Shown: positions 1-10,779, counted from the stretch's first letter. The stretch: DNA of 64,000 nt from Candidatus Dormiibacterota bacterium (GCA_027306595.1 DAHUZI010000111.1:25783-89782); one strand, 5' to 3'. Notes: generated by a model from the sequence alone, not told the origin. Translations and numbers: made by a program.

Positions 1-666
1 CGGGGCCCCGCCGGGATCCACGCCTTCGTCGTGGAGCAGGGCAACCCGGGGATGCGGCAGGGCCGCAAGGAGCGCAAGCTCGGGGTCCGCGCCTCCCATA
101 CCGCCCAGGTCATCCTGGAGCAGTGCCAGATCGCCGCCGATGCCCGCCTCGGCTTCGACCCCGAGGGCGCGGAGGAGGGGCCCGGGGCGTTGGGGGCGAT
201 GTTGACGCTCGAGGCGTCGCGGCCGCAGGTGGCGGCCGGGGCCCTGGGCATCGCCAGGGCTGCCTACGAGTTCGCCCTCGACTACGCGACCACCCGCCAC
301 CAGTTCGGCAGGCCGATCGCGCGCCACCAGGCGATCGCATTCAAGCTCGCCGACATGGCGACCGAGATTGACGCGGCTCGTCTGCTGACCTGGCGGGCGG
401 GGTGGATGGTCCAGCGCGGGTTGCCGATGGCCCACGGCGAGGGCAGCATGGCCAAGCTCGTCGCGGGCGACGTCGCGATGCGAGTCACGCTCGAGGCGGT
501 CCAGATCCTGGGGGGGTACGGCTACATCAAGGAGTACCCGGTGGAGCGATGGATGCGGGACGCCAAGATCTACCAGATCTGGGAGGGGACCGCGGAGATC
601 CAGCGCCTGGTCATCAGTCGGTACCTCACCGGTGAGCGAGCGGCGACGCGCCCGCCGGTGGCCTGA
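1..666 (+). CDS. acyl-CoA dehydrogenase, C-terminal part (5' end lies outside the window)
   Basis: The frame is open from base 1. The translation ..IHAFVVEQGNPGM..LGGYGYIKEYPVERWMRDAKIYQIWEGTAEIQRLVISR is the typical ACAD C-terminal helical domain. Stop TGA at 664-666. Confidence 0.85.
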   Translation, partial: RGPAGIHAFVVEQGNPGMRQGRKERKLGVRASHTAQVILEQCQIAADARLGFDPEGAEEGPGALGAMLTLEASRPQVAAGALGIARAAYEFALDYATTRHQFGRPIARHQAIAFKLADMATEIDAARLLTWRAGWMVQRGLPMAHGEGSMAKLVAGDVAMRVTLEAVQILGGYGYIKEYPVERWMRDAKIYQIWEGTAEIQRLVISRYLTGERAATRPPVA

Positions 667-681
667 TCGGGGGGAGACACG

Positions 682-1521
682 ATGGCGCTGTTCGATCTCA
701 GCGGGAAGATCGCGGTCGTGACCGGGGGCTCCCGGGGCATCGGCCGGGCCGACTGCCTGGCGCTCGCCGCGGCTGGGGCCGATGTGGTGGTGACCGACAT
801 CCTCTTGGAATCGGACCCGGAGCTGGATCGGACGGCCGAGGCGAGCCAGAGCGTGCTCGCCCGGGTGATGGCGTCGCAAGCGGTCGTGTACACCGAGCGC
901 ACGAGCGAGGAGATCCGCGCGATGGGTCGACGCTCGGCAGCGCTGCGCCTCGACGTCACGGATCGGGGCCAGGTGGTGGCGGTGATGGCCCAGGTGGCCC
1001 GCGATTTCGGCGGCATCGACATCCTCATCAACAACGCCGGCACCCTCGACCACATCGCCCAGCTCCCCGAGCAGGCCCCGGAACTCTGGGAGCGCGACCT
1101 GCGGGTGAACCTCACAGGCGCCTTCAATTGCACCCAGGCGGCCTGGCCGTACATGAAGCAACGGGGCTATGGGCGCCTCCTCTATATGTCGTCGGTCGCC
1201 GGGACCCTTGGCGGGTTCGGCCAGGTCAGCTACAGCGCGACCAAGGCCGGCCTGCTCGGCCTTATGCGCTCGACCGCCCTGGAGGGGGCCCGTCACGGGA
1301 TAACCAGCAACGCCATCGTCGCCGGCATCATCGGCACCGAGGCCTTCCGCACCGGCAGCCCGGCGATGATCGATCGGATGGTGCTGCGCACCGCCATGCG
1401 CGAGGCGGGGCGCCCGGAGGACGTGGCCCACGCGATGTGCTTCCTGGCGAGCCCGGAAGCGGGCTACATCACCGGAGTGGCGCTGCCGGTCGCGGGGGGG
1501 ATCGATCTCTTCACCTTCTGA
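682..1521 (+). CDS. SDR-family oxidoreductase (FabG-like short-chain dehydrogenase)
   Basis: ATG at 682 is preceded by GGGGAGA. It has the Rossmann motif VVTGGSRGIGRA, an NNAG motif and the catalytic SSVAG..YSATKAG pattern. Confidence 0.9.
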   Translation: MALFDLSGKIAVVTGGSRGIGRADCLALAAAGADVVVTDILLESDPELDRTAEASQSVLARVMASQAVVYTERTSEEIRAMGRRSAALRLDVTDRGQVVAVMAQVARDFGGIDILINNAGTLDHIAQLPEQAPELWERDLRVNLTGAFNCTQAAWPYMKQRGYGRLLYMSSVAGTLGGFGQVSYSATKAGLLGLMRSTALEGARHGITSNAIVAGIIGTEAFRTGSPAMIDRMVLRTAMREAGRPEDVAHAMCFLASPEAGYITGVALPVAGGIDLFTF

Positions 1522-1762
1522 GGGACCCCGCCTCTCGGCCTGGTACTGGCCCGCCGCGACCGGCCCAGCCCTCTGGCTGGAGCCGCCGTCGGACGCGGTC
1601 CTCGACCGGGACCTGAACCAGGCGCGGCGGCTGGGCGTCTCCGAGCTGCGGCTGCCGCTCTACTGGGATGCCTTCGCCCAGGGTCCGCGGGCGCTGCGCG
1701 CAGCCCGTATCCGCGATGCCGAGCGGATCCTTCGGGCGGCGACCCGGGCCGGCCTCGGGATC

Positions 1763-2839
1763 GTGCCCGTCGCGCTGCCGCTCGCCCTCGGGCGCGACGC
1801 CGTCCTTCCCTCGTTCGCCGTCGACCGCGCCGGCCGCGGCGCCCGCTGCCTGGTCGACCAGCGGGTCGAGCCCGGCGCCCCCAGGGACTGGTTTGCCGAC
1901 GCGGGCATCCAGGAGGCCATGGTCCGACACCTCGAGCGGCTCGGCCAGGCGCTCGGGAACCACCCGGCTCTGGTGGCCTGGGAGGTCGTGGGGGGGCTGA
2001 CGGACCCGGTCCGCCCCGGCGATCCGGATGCGGCGCGGGCGCTGGCTGGTGCCCTGGCGAGCGCCCTCCGCCACACCGGCGACCCCGTGCGGTGGACCGT
2101 GAGCAGTCGCGAGTGCCTGGGGGAGCGCGGGCTGCACCCGGCGGACGTCGTGCCCATCGCCGACGAGATCCGGGTCGACGCCGGCGACGCCGGCACCCTG
2201 CTCCGGTCCGTGCTCCGACGCACGCCGGGCGGTGTGGGCGCGATTGCCGAACCGGGCCTCTTCGCCTTCGTCTCGCTGGTTGCTTCTCAGCTGGCCGACC
2301 GGCCCGTCGCGCCCGTCGGGGTGACGCTTGCCGCCATGCCGCCGGCCGTGGCTGCGCCCAGCCCCTCAACGGATGGCGGCGAAGACGATCGGGTCGAGGC
2401 CAACGACGGGGCCGCGGCGGCGGGGTGGGCCAAGGCGGCCTGGGGGGCGCTATCGGTGTTGGCACCGCCCGCCAACTCGCCCGGGGCCGGGCCGCTTCTG
2501 GACGCGAGCGCACGCTGCGCCTCCCTCCCGTATTTCCGGGCCAACCCGCGGCGACGTCGGCTCGGCCTGCTCGGCGACGACGGCGAGGTGAAGGAATGGG
2601 CGCGGGTGGCCGTGACGGCACTCGCCATCGACTCCGAGCTGTCGCGTCCGTCAGGGCTGAGGGCTGCGGACGGCGGGCGAGACGGCGGTGCCCCCTTCCC
2701 GCCGCTTCCGGGGCTTGAGGGGCTGGGCACAGCAACCGCCTTCTATGCGGCGGACGGCGCTGCCCTCGATCTTGCCCGCCCCTGGCTGGAGGCCTTCCGG
2801 GACTGGTGGGACGCGGTCAGCCGCAGCGCCGCGGAATGA
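1763..2839 (+). CDS. hypothetical protein with a glycoside-hydrolase-like (TIM-barrel) N-terminal region and an Ala/Gly/Pro-rich C-terminal half
   Basis: This is the ORF-track frame. ..NHPALVAWEVVGG.. and the in-frame upstream segment LRLPLYWDAFAQG..AGLGIVPVALP resemble GH5/GH42-type barrels. The first canonical start is GTG 1763, but conserved-looking sequence continues upstream to about 1520 (see finding). Confidence 0.45.
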   Translation: MPVALPLALGRDAVLPSFAVDRAGRGARCLVDQRVEPGAPRDWFADAGIQEAMVRHLERLGQALGNHPALVAWEVVGGLTDPVRPGDPDAARALAGALASALRHTGDPVRWTVSSRECLGERGLHPADVVPIADEIRVDAGDAGTLLRSVLRRTPGGVGAIAEPGLFAFVSLVASQLADRPVAPVGVTLAAMPPAVAAPSPSTDGGEDDRVEANDGAAAAGWAKAAWGALSVLAPPANSPGAGPLLDASARCASLPYFRANPRRRRLGLLGDDGEVKEWARVAVTALAIDSELSRPSGLRAADGGRDGGAPFPPLPGLEGLGTATAFYAADGAALDLARPWLEAFRDWWDAVSRSAAE

Positions 2840-2864
2840 GCGCCGCGCGCAGGTGGATGGGGTG

Positions 2865-2893
2865 TTTTCACGTCGCCAGGTGCCTGCTATAGT
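2865..2893 (+). promoter_or_regulatory. sigma70-like promoter candidate for the zinc-ribbon gene
   Basis: TTTTCA (2865-2870), a 17-bp spacer, then TATAGT (2888-2893). These AT-rich hexamers stand out against the GC-rich background and lie about 80 nt upstream of the start codon. Confidence 0.35.
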
Positions 2894-2975
2894 GGCCGCG
2901 GCCAGACAAGTCCCGGGCGGCAGCGCAAGCACAACCGAGCAGTCCTGGCGCAGCGGGTAGCGGAGGTTGCGCGGT

Positions 2976-3302
2976 TTGAGCTTCGAGGACAAGACCCTCA
3001 CGTGCCGGGAGTGCGGCGCCGAGTTCATCTTCACGGCCGGGGAGCAGCAGTTCTATCAGTCCAAGGGGCTGACCAACACGCCAAGCCGGTGTCAGCCGTG
3101 CCGGCAGCTGGCCAAGAGCGCCCGCGGGGCGTCGAACGGGGGCGGATACGGCGGCTTCAGCGCCGGCTCACGCCCACCTCGGCAGCTGCACCAGACGGTC
3201 TGCGCCGACTGCGGAGCCACGACTGAGGTCCCGTTCATCCCCAAGTACGATCGTCCGGTCTACTGCAGCACCTGCTTCGAGAAGCACCGCGTCGCGCGGT
3301 GA
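2976..3302 (+). CDS. double zinc-ribbon protein (two CxxC..CxxC modules), likely nucleic-acid binding
   Basis: SFEDKTLTCRECGAEFIFTAGEQQFYQSKGLTNTPSRCQPCR plus TVCADCGATTEVPFIPKYDRPVYCSTCF. The ORF-track start is TTG 2967. However, GGAGG at 2962-2966 sits 9 nt before the in-frame TTG at 2976, which I prefer. Confidence 0.75.
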   Translation: MSFEDKTLTCRECGAEFIFTAGEQQFYQSKGLTNTPSRCQPCRQLAKSARGASNGGGYGGFSAGSRPPRQLHQTVCADCGATTEVPFIPKYDRPVYCSTCFEKHRVAR

Positions 3303-3837
3303 GCAGGATGCGCCGCCACGGGCCGGCCGGCCGCCTCTGGGACGACGTGCTGGGCGTCGTGTTGGGGCCCGCGACCACACCCTGAGCGCTCACAGCCGGC
3401 CCGGGCCGGCCGCGGGCCGGGGCCGGCCGCGGCGGCGCCGGTTCTCCGACCCCACCACCGCCCGGCGGGGCGGCCGGCGCGGCCAACACGGGCCGGCCGC
3501 TTGCCCGGATCGGAGGTTGGTGCGGAATGCCCTCGCTGGCCTGGGCCGTGACGAAAGCGGTTAGCCCTCTGGGACCGCGGCCGCGTCCACTCAGGCCTCC
3601 GAGCGAACCGGCCCCTGTCGACGCAGCGAAGCGCTCACCAACGGGTCGGACCGCGGGAGACCCCGTCGGACCGATCGGGTTCGCCTGATCCGACCCCGGG
3701 AGGGCCCGTCCGGGGGTGGGGTCTCGGTATGGGTGCGCGGGGGCGGGCGCAGGGAGTAGGGCGCGGTCCCCGCTGCGCTGGCGATCGGAAAGCTCGCAGC
3801 GGCACCTCGTGGAGCGCACGCGCGAACCGGCCGTCCC

Positions 3838-3864
3838 GCGGCGGCGGCGGCGGCGGCGGCGGCG
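3838..3864. repeat. perfect (GCG)9 trinucleotide microsatellite
   Basis: Read directly: nine uninterrupted GCG units inside the ORF-less 3303-4730 gap. Confidence 0.9.
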
Positions 3865-4730
3865 GGCGCACCGAACCCCTCACGGTCCTCGACGGACGGG
3901 GGCGGCCTCCTGGGGACTCCCCTCGCACTGGTGCTCCCGGAGCCTGGGATTGGGGGGACCGGCCCGGCGCACGCGCCGCGCTTCGCACCGCCGTCTCCAA
4001 CGCCAGGGGTGCCGCACGCCGGGTTCGGTGCGCGTTGCCATGGCCCCGGCGAATGATCCCGAGTGCCGTCCCGGGATGTCGGCCACGTGCGCGCCCACGC
4101 TGGGTTCGACGACCGCGGTCGACAATCGACGGTGCGCGCGCGACCGGTCGGCTGAATCGCATTGGAGGCACGGGCGGGCGGCACAGGCCGGTCGGCCGAG
4201 ACCCTCGCCGCTGGGGCTGGACCGCCCGATCCGGCCGAGGTCGGACGCCGCCGTGTTCGGAACCCAGCGCCCTCTGTCCAAGCCGCGCCCAGCTGCGGGG
4301 TTCTCGACCCTCGCGCGGCCGTACCTTCGCGTCGACGCCCTGGCAGTGCGGGCCGACCCTGCAAGGGGTGCGGGCCTTCGCGGCGTGGGCCCGGCGGTCC
4401 AGTCCTGGGGGGTGGGACGCGGGCGAGGTCAGGCGAACCGGGGGCCGCGGACACACCGCCTGCGGACCTGCTCCCAATCCGACCGCCTCGACCCCGAGCC
4501 TGGCCGTCTCGACCCCGCCCGTCTCGGGTTGGGAGCGGGGTGGCTGGGTGCGCCAGAGGATGGCGGCTCCACCAGCCGCACGTGGGCAGGCAGCCCACCG
4601 CGCGCCGATCGGGCTGACCCGGTCGCCCAACGGCCGCCGGGGAGACCCGAATGGCGAGTTCGGGAGCGACGGCCCGCAGTCGCCCTGGCTAGCCTTCTTA
4701 CCGCTGTTGCGGCCCGCGGAGGTGGATCGA

Positions 4731-4942
4731 TGACGCGTGGACATATCAAGACGGTGGTGAGCGACCGGGGCTACGGGTTTGTTCGGGGCGAGGACGGCAA
4801 CGACGTCTTCTTCCATCGCTCGACGCTGCGCAGCGGCGTGGAGTTCGACACGCTGCGCGAGGGGCAGGCGGTCGAGTTCGACGTCCAGGAGAGCCCGAAG
4901 GGCCCCCGAGCCATCAACCTGCGGGTGACGGCGGAGGTCTGA
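4731..4942 (+). CDS. cold-shock protein (CspA family, single CSD)
   Basis: MTRGHIKTVVSDRGYGFVRGEDGNDVFFHRSTL.. carries the RNP1 (GYGFV) and RNP2 (VFFH) motifs. GGAGGTGG lies 4 nt upstream of ATG 4731. The 408-aa in-frame upstream extension in the ORF track is rejected. Confidence 0.9.
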
Positions 4943-5690
4943 GCCCTTCGGCCAGTCGGCGCAGCTCGGCGGCCGCGAGCTGGGCGCGCGCAGGATCGCG
5001 GGCGGTCGCGCGGATCACCAGCTCGCCAGCGGCCGGGAGGGGGTACGAACCGAAGCGGACGTCCGGGAACGTGGCCGCCAGCGTGCGCAGGATCGAGTAG
5101 AAGCTCGACTCCCCGATCCCCCGGTACGCCACCTCCTCGACCGCGACGGCCGGCTCCCCCGCCAGGTGGACGGGAAGCACCTCCTCGAGCACCACCGTTC
5201 GGAGCTCGATGGGCACGCCGGGGAGGACCAGGAGTCGTCGGCCGGCGGCGCCCGGGAGGCCCAGCACCACGGGGGGCGCCATTCCGACGCGGTTGCGGAG
5301 AACCTCGGCTCCCTCGGGGACGAGCGCCATCTTCCGGTTCCCGGGGTTGATCGCCGGAGACGGCACCCACCCCGCCCGGTGCATCCGGGCCACCACGTCC
5401 CCGATGTGGGCGAGGGCGACCGGGTGCTCCCGCAAGCGCACCCGGAACGCGGCGGCCACCGCCGCGAGCGTCACGTCGTCGGGGGTCGGGCCCAGGCCCC
5501 CACAGCAGAAGACCCTGGCTGCGGGACCCGCTGCCGCCGCCGCCAGCTCGGCGGCGATCGCGGGCTCGTCATCGGGAACGACCACGATCCGGCGGCAGGG
5601 AAACGGCGTTCGCCGAAGCCGATCGGCGAGCCAGGCCGAGTTCGTGTCGGCGGTGTGTCCCGCCAGTAGCTCGTCCCCGACGGCAATCAC
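4914..5690 (-). CDS. CinA-like / MoaB-MogA-type molybdopterin-binding domain protein
   Basis: (V)[34 protein letters not shown] is the MoCF-biosynthesis-fold signature. GTG 5690 is preceded by AGGAGAG. The alternative ATG at 5795 would add 35 aa. Confidence 0.7.
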   Translation of the reverse strand: MIAVGDELLAGHTADTNSAWLADRLRRTPFPCRRIVVVPDDEPAIAAELAAAAAGPAARVFCCGGLGPTPDDVTLAAVAAAFRVRLREHPVALAHIGDVVARMHRAGWVPSPAINPGNRKMALVPEGAEVLRNRVGMAPPVVLGLPGAAGRRLLVLPGVPIELRTVVLEEVLPVHLAGEPAVAVEEVAYRGIGESSFYSILRTLAATFPDVRFGSYPLPAAGELVIRATARDPARAQLAAAELRRLAEGLRPPPSPAG

Positions 5691-5904
5691 CCAGCTCTCC
5701 TGGGCCGGACCCGTCGCCCCCGGCCGGCCTGGCCCCCGTAGGGTCGGGACCTGGGAGCGATCGGCGGGAACGGGGCGCTCGGGGCCGTCGACCATCGCCG
5801 ATCCATGGTGCCAGGTGGGCCCGCCCGTGGCGCGAACAGCCGATGCCGGCGGCTGTCCACCAGATGGGACCACGCCACCCCTCGGCTCGGGCACGGTTGC
5901 CCGC

Positions 5905-5910
5905 TATAAT
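5905..5910 (+). promoter_or_regulatory. -10 box candidate (perfect TATAAT) upstream of hppA
   Basis: TATAAT at 5905-5910 lies in the cinA-like/hppA divergent region, about 95 nt before ATG 6005. No convincing -35 element was seen. Confidence 0.3.
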
Positions 5911-6004
5911 TCCGCCGACCTCTTGGCGCCCGCGCGCGCGCCATGATCACCTGCCCTGTCCGCCGCGCCCGCTTGGCGCCGCGGGGCGGCCCTGGAGACG
6001 CTCG

Positions 6005-8056
<2,052 letters not shown>

Positions 8057-8157
8057 ACCCGGGCCCCTTCGCCGCCGCGCTCCACCGGGGGCCACGGGGT
8101 CTCGTGGGCTGCTGCTGCCCATCGACCAGGGCCCTCCCCAGGGCTCGCCAGGGGAGG

Positions 8158-8562
8158 ATGCGCCCCCGGCGAGCCCGAGCCGCCGCCCGTGAGCTGGGGT
8201 CGGTGCGCGACCATTGTCCGGTGGACGAGGACGTGGCCGAAGAGATCCGGGAGATGCGGGTGCGCATCGGCCAGCTCAAGGGGGCCGAGGGGCCGCCGGA
8301 GGTCATCGCCGAGTACGAGACCGAGCTCCGCGTCCTGGAGGCGCTGGCCCGAGCGGCGGACGTCACCGCCGCGGCGGTGGCTCAGCGGCCCGAGCTTGCC
8401 GAAGCCCTTCTCGTCCGCGGGTTCGCCGGAACCAGCTACCAGGAGCTCTACGCCTTCGTGTATGAGCGGGCGCTCGATCTCGACCTTGAGGGCCGCGACT
8501 TCGCCAGCCTCATCGCGGCGACCGACTTCACCCGCTACCTGGAGAACGGGGAGGCGGACTGA
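8158..8562 (+). CDS. hypothetical protein (acidic, helical)
   Basis: ORF-track frame 8104..8562. The sequence is plausible-looking (..EVIAEYETELRVLEALARAADV..FTRYLENGEAD), but no family was recognised. The start is uncertain (ATG 8158, GTG 8206 or GTG 8221). Confidence 0.4.
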   Translation: MRPRRARAAARELGSVRDHCPVDEDVAEEIREMRVRIGQLKGAEGPPEVIAEYETELRVLEALARAADVTAAAVAQRPELAEALLVRGFAGTSYQELYAFVYERALDLDLEGRDFASLIAATDFTRYLENGEAD

Positions 8563-8610
8563 GGCCGACCCCGGTGCCGGGCACGATCCGGCACGGGGCC
8601 GGCGTCGGAG

Positions 8611-9054
8611 TCAGGGAACGGGCCCCGCGTCCGTGGCTGCGCCCCTGCAGCGGGGACACGACCCGTGGGCGACGAGATCCACACGATCCACGGTGTAGCC
8701 GAGCGCCGCCGCCCCCCGGCGGACGCGCTCGACGAGCGAGGGCACGCCGACATCGGCGGTGGCCCCGCAGCCGTCACAGACCAGATGCTGGTGCGACTCG
8801 GCGCCCTCGCGCACCGGCTCGTAGGAGGTCGAGCGCCCGAGTCGGACGGTGCGGGCAAGGCCGAGCTCGACCAGGAGGTCCAGCGTGCGGTAGACGGTCG
8901 TCCGCTGGACCCCCGGGAGCCGGCGGGCGAGGACGGTGTGGAGGTCGTCGGCCGTTGCGTGACCGGGGTGATCACACAGGGCCGCGTAGACCATGCGCCG
9001 CTGCGGGGTCAGGCGGCGCCCCTGTCCGCGGAGGGTCTCCAGCCCGGCATTCAT
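8611..9054 (-). CDS. Fur-family metalloregulator (Fur/Zur/PerR class not resolved)
   Basis: RLTPQRRMVYAAL..TVYRTLDLLVELGL is a winged helix. HQHLVCDGCG plus GSCPRCRG form two CxxC pairs. ATG 9054 has AGGAGG upstream. Confidence 0.9.
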   Translation of the reverse strand: MNAGLETLRGQGRRLTPQRRMVYAALCDHPGHATADDLHTVLARRLPGVQRTTVYRTLDLLVELGLARTVRLGRSTSYEPVREGAESHQHLVCDGCGATADVGVPSLVERVRRGAAALGYTVDRVDLVAHGSCPRCRGAATDAGPVP

Positions 9055-9156
9055 GCACCCATGGTACCTCCTGCGCGCAATTGCAACAATCAGCTCCGCT
9101 GGGTGAGGCTATGATCGGGGGGCGGGGGCACCCCAGATCGCGCCCGCAGGAGAGTC

Positions 9157-10260
9157 ATGAGCGAACCCTCGACCCTGGCCCAACTCGAGAGCGCCCTTGC
9201 GCGGGTCGAGGACCCCGAGCTCCACCGGCCGCTGATGCAGCTCGGGATGCTCAAGAACCTTCGCGTCGAGGGGCAGACGGCTCGGATGCGGGTGGTCCTC
9301 ACCACCCCGGCCTGTCCCCTCAAGGACCGGATCGAGCGCGAGATCACCGCGGCGGTGGTGGGAACGGTGCCCGGGATCGACGCCGTCCAGCTCGACTGGG
9401 ACGCCGAGGTCTCGCGGACCCGGGGGGTGGCCGGCCGGGCCGAGGTGCCCGGCGTCCGCAACGTCGTCGCCGTCAGCGCCGGCAAGGGCGGGGTCGGCAA
9501 GACCACCGTCGCCGTCAACCTGGCCTTCGCCCTTCAGCGGGCGGGTGCCCGAGTCGGCCTCCTCGACGCCGACATCTACGGGCCCAACGTCCCGATCATG
9601 CTTGGTCTGACTGAGCGGCCGGACTCCGACGGGGAGCGGATCCGCCCCCTCGATCGAGGGGGACTTCAGGTGATGTCGATCGGGACCCTGGTCGACCCCG
9701 AGCGCCCGGTGATCTGGCGGGGGCCGATGCTCGCCAACGCCCTGCGCCAGTTCCTCTTCGATGTCGCCTGGGAAGGGCTCGACTACCTCGTGTGCGACCT
9801 GCCACCCGGCACCGGCGACGTCCAGCTCACGCTGGCCCAGTCGATCCCGCTGTCCGGCGGGGTGATCGTCACCACCCCACAGGACGTGTCCCTGGCCGAT
9901 GTGACCAAGGGGATCGCGATGTTCCGGCAGCTCCGCGTCCCGGTGCTGGGAGTGATCGAAAACATGAGCGGGTTTCGCTGCCAGCACTGCGGCGAGTGGA
10001 CGGACGTCTTCGGCCGAGACGGTGGCCGCGACCTCGCTGCTCGGCTCGACCTGCCGTTCCTCGGCGCGATCCCCCTCGACCCCCGCATCCGCCTCGGGGG
10101 TGGCGATGGCCAGCCCCTGGTGCTGGCCCGACCGGAGAGCGAGGAGGCCCAGATCTTCCTGTCAGTGGCTGCCTCCCTCGCGGCCCAGGTCAGCCAGGCC
10201 AACTTCCGGGCAACCACCGGCCCCGTGATGCCGTCCGGCCCCCGCCTGCCGGTGCGCTGA
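9157..10260 (+). CDS. mrp: Fe-S cluster carrier ATPase Mrp/ApbC/NBP35 with an N-terminal DUF59 domain
   Basis: It carries a deviant Walker A (SAGKGGVGKTT), DLPPGTGD and the CxxC pair FRCQHCGE. The N-terminal LARVEDPELHRPLMQLGML matches a DUF59/MIP18 domain. Confidence 0.92.
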   Translation: MSEPSTLAQLESALARVEDPELHRPLMQLGMLKNLRVEGQTARMRVVLTTPACPLKDRIEREITAAVVGTVPGIDAVQLDWDAEVSRTRGVAGRAEVPGVRNVVAVSAGKGGVGKTTVAVNLAFALQRAGARVGLLDADIYGPNVPIMLGLTERPDSDGERIRPLDRGGLQVMSIGTLVDPERPVIWRGPMLANALRQFLFDVAWEGLDYLVCDLPPGTGDVQLTLAQSIPLSGGVIVTTPQDVSLADVTKGIAMFRQLRVPVLGVIENMSGFRCQHCGEWTDVFGRDGGRDLAARLDLPFLGAIPLDPRIRLGGGDGQPLVLARPESEEAQIFLSVAASLAAQVSQANFRATTGPVMPSGPRLPVR

Positions 10261-10281
10261 CCGAGCGGCGGCGTCCGCCCC

Positions 10282-10779
10282 GTGCCCACGCGCCCGCCCC
10301 TCATCGCCGTCTGTGGGGCGAGCCGTCCCCGCCATTCGGACCTCACGGCGGCCCACGAGGTCGGTCGCCTGGTCGCGGCGCGGGGCTGGACCCTCATCTG
10401 CGGCGGTCTCGGCGGTGTGATGGCGGCCGCCGCTCAGGGGGCGAACGAGGCGGGTGGCCTGGTGATCGGGATCCTCCCCGGCGAGGACCCCGAGGCCGCC
10501 GACCCGGCCTGCACCATGGCGATCGCCACCGGTCTCGGGGAGGGCCGCAACCTCATCCTCGTGCGGGCAGCCGCCGGGGTGATCGCGATCGGCGGCGGGC
10601 TCGGCACCCTGAGCGAGATCGCCCTCGCCCTCCGCCTCGGCCGCCCGACAGCGGGTCTTGGCACCTGGAAGCTGACGGGGCCCGACGGCGAGGGCGACCG
10701 CCAGCTGGGGCTCCACCGCTGCCCCGATGCCCAGGCGGCGGTGGCGTGGCTTGCGGGTCGGGTGCCTCCCCTGGGATGA
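10282..10779 (+). CDS. TIGR00725-type LOG/SLOG-fold protein
   Basis: IAVCGAS..GWTLICGGLGGVMAAAAQGA..GILPG..IAIGGGLGTLSEIALA is the typical LOG/DprA-like Rossmann pattern. Confidence 0.75.
   Translation: MPTRPPLIAVCGASRPRHSDLTAAHEVGRLVAARGWTLICGGLGGVMAAAAQGANEAGGLVIGILPGEDPEAADPACTMAIATGLGEGRNLILVRAAAGVIAIGGGLGTLSEIALALRLGRPTAGLGTWKLTGPDGEGDRQLGLHRCPDAQAAVAWLAGRVPPLG

Noticed and set aside
3303-4730. Housekeeping structured RNAs (RNase P RNA, tmRNA, SRP/4.5S RNA, 6S-like RNA, group II intron domain V, hammerhead core) as the explanation for the ORF-less gap.
   Set aside because: I looked by eye for their most conserved strings (e.g. GAGGAAAGUCC, the tmRNA tRNA-like end, domain V AGC..GAAA hairpin, CUGAUGA) and found none. 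This is a weak negative and needs a covariance-model search.
3716-4942. A 408-aa ORF that would fuse a long N-terminal region to the cold-shock domain.
   Set aside because: The upstream 338 codons have shadow-frame composition (poly-Arg from the GCG repeat, many Cys/Trp/His). A strong GGAGGTGG Shine-Dalgarno sits directly before ATG 4731. The 70-aa product is a complete canonical CSD.
10282-10779. Treating the TIGR00725 SLOG/LOG-fold protein next to mrp as part of a nucleotide-signalling conflict system.
   Set aside because: It is a stand-alone gene between housekeeping-type neighbours. No associated effector, cyclase or nuclease genes are present, and nothing in the sequence distinguishes it from the common housekeeping members of the family.
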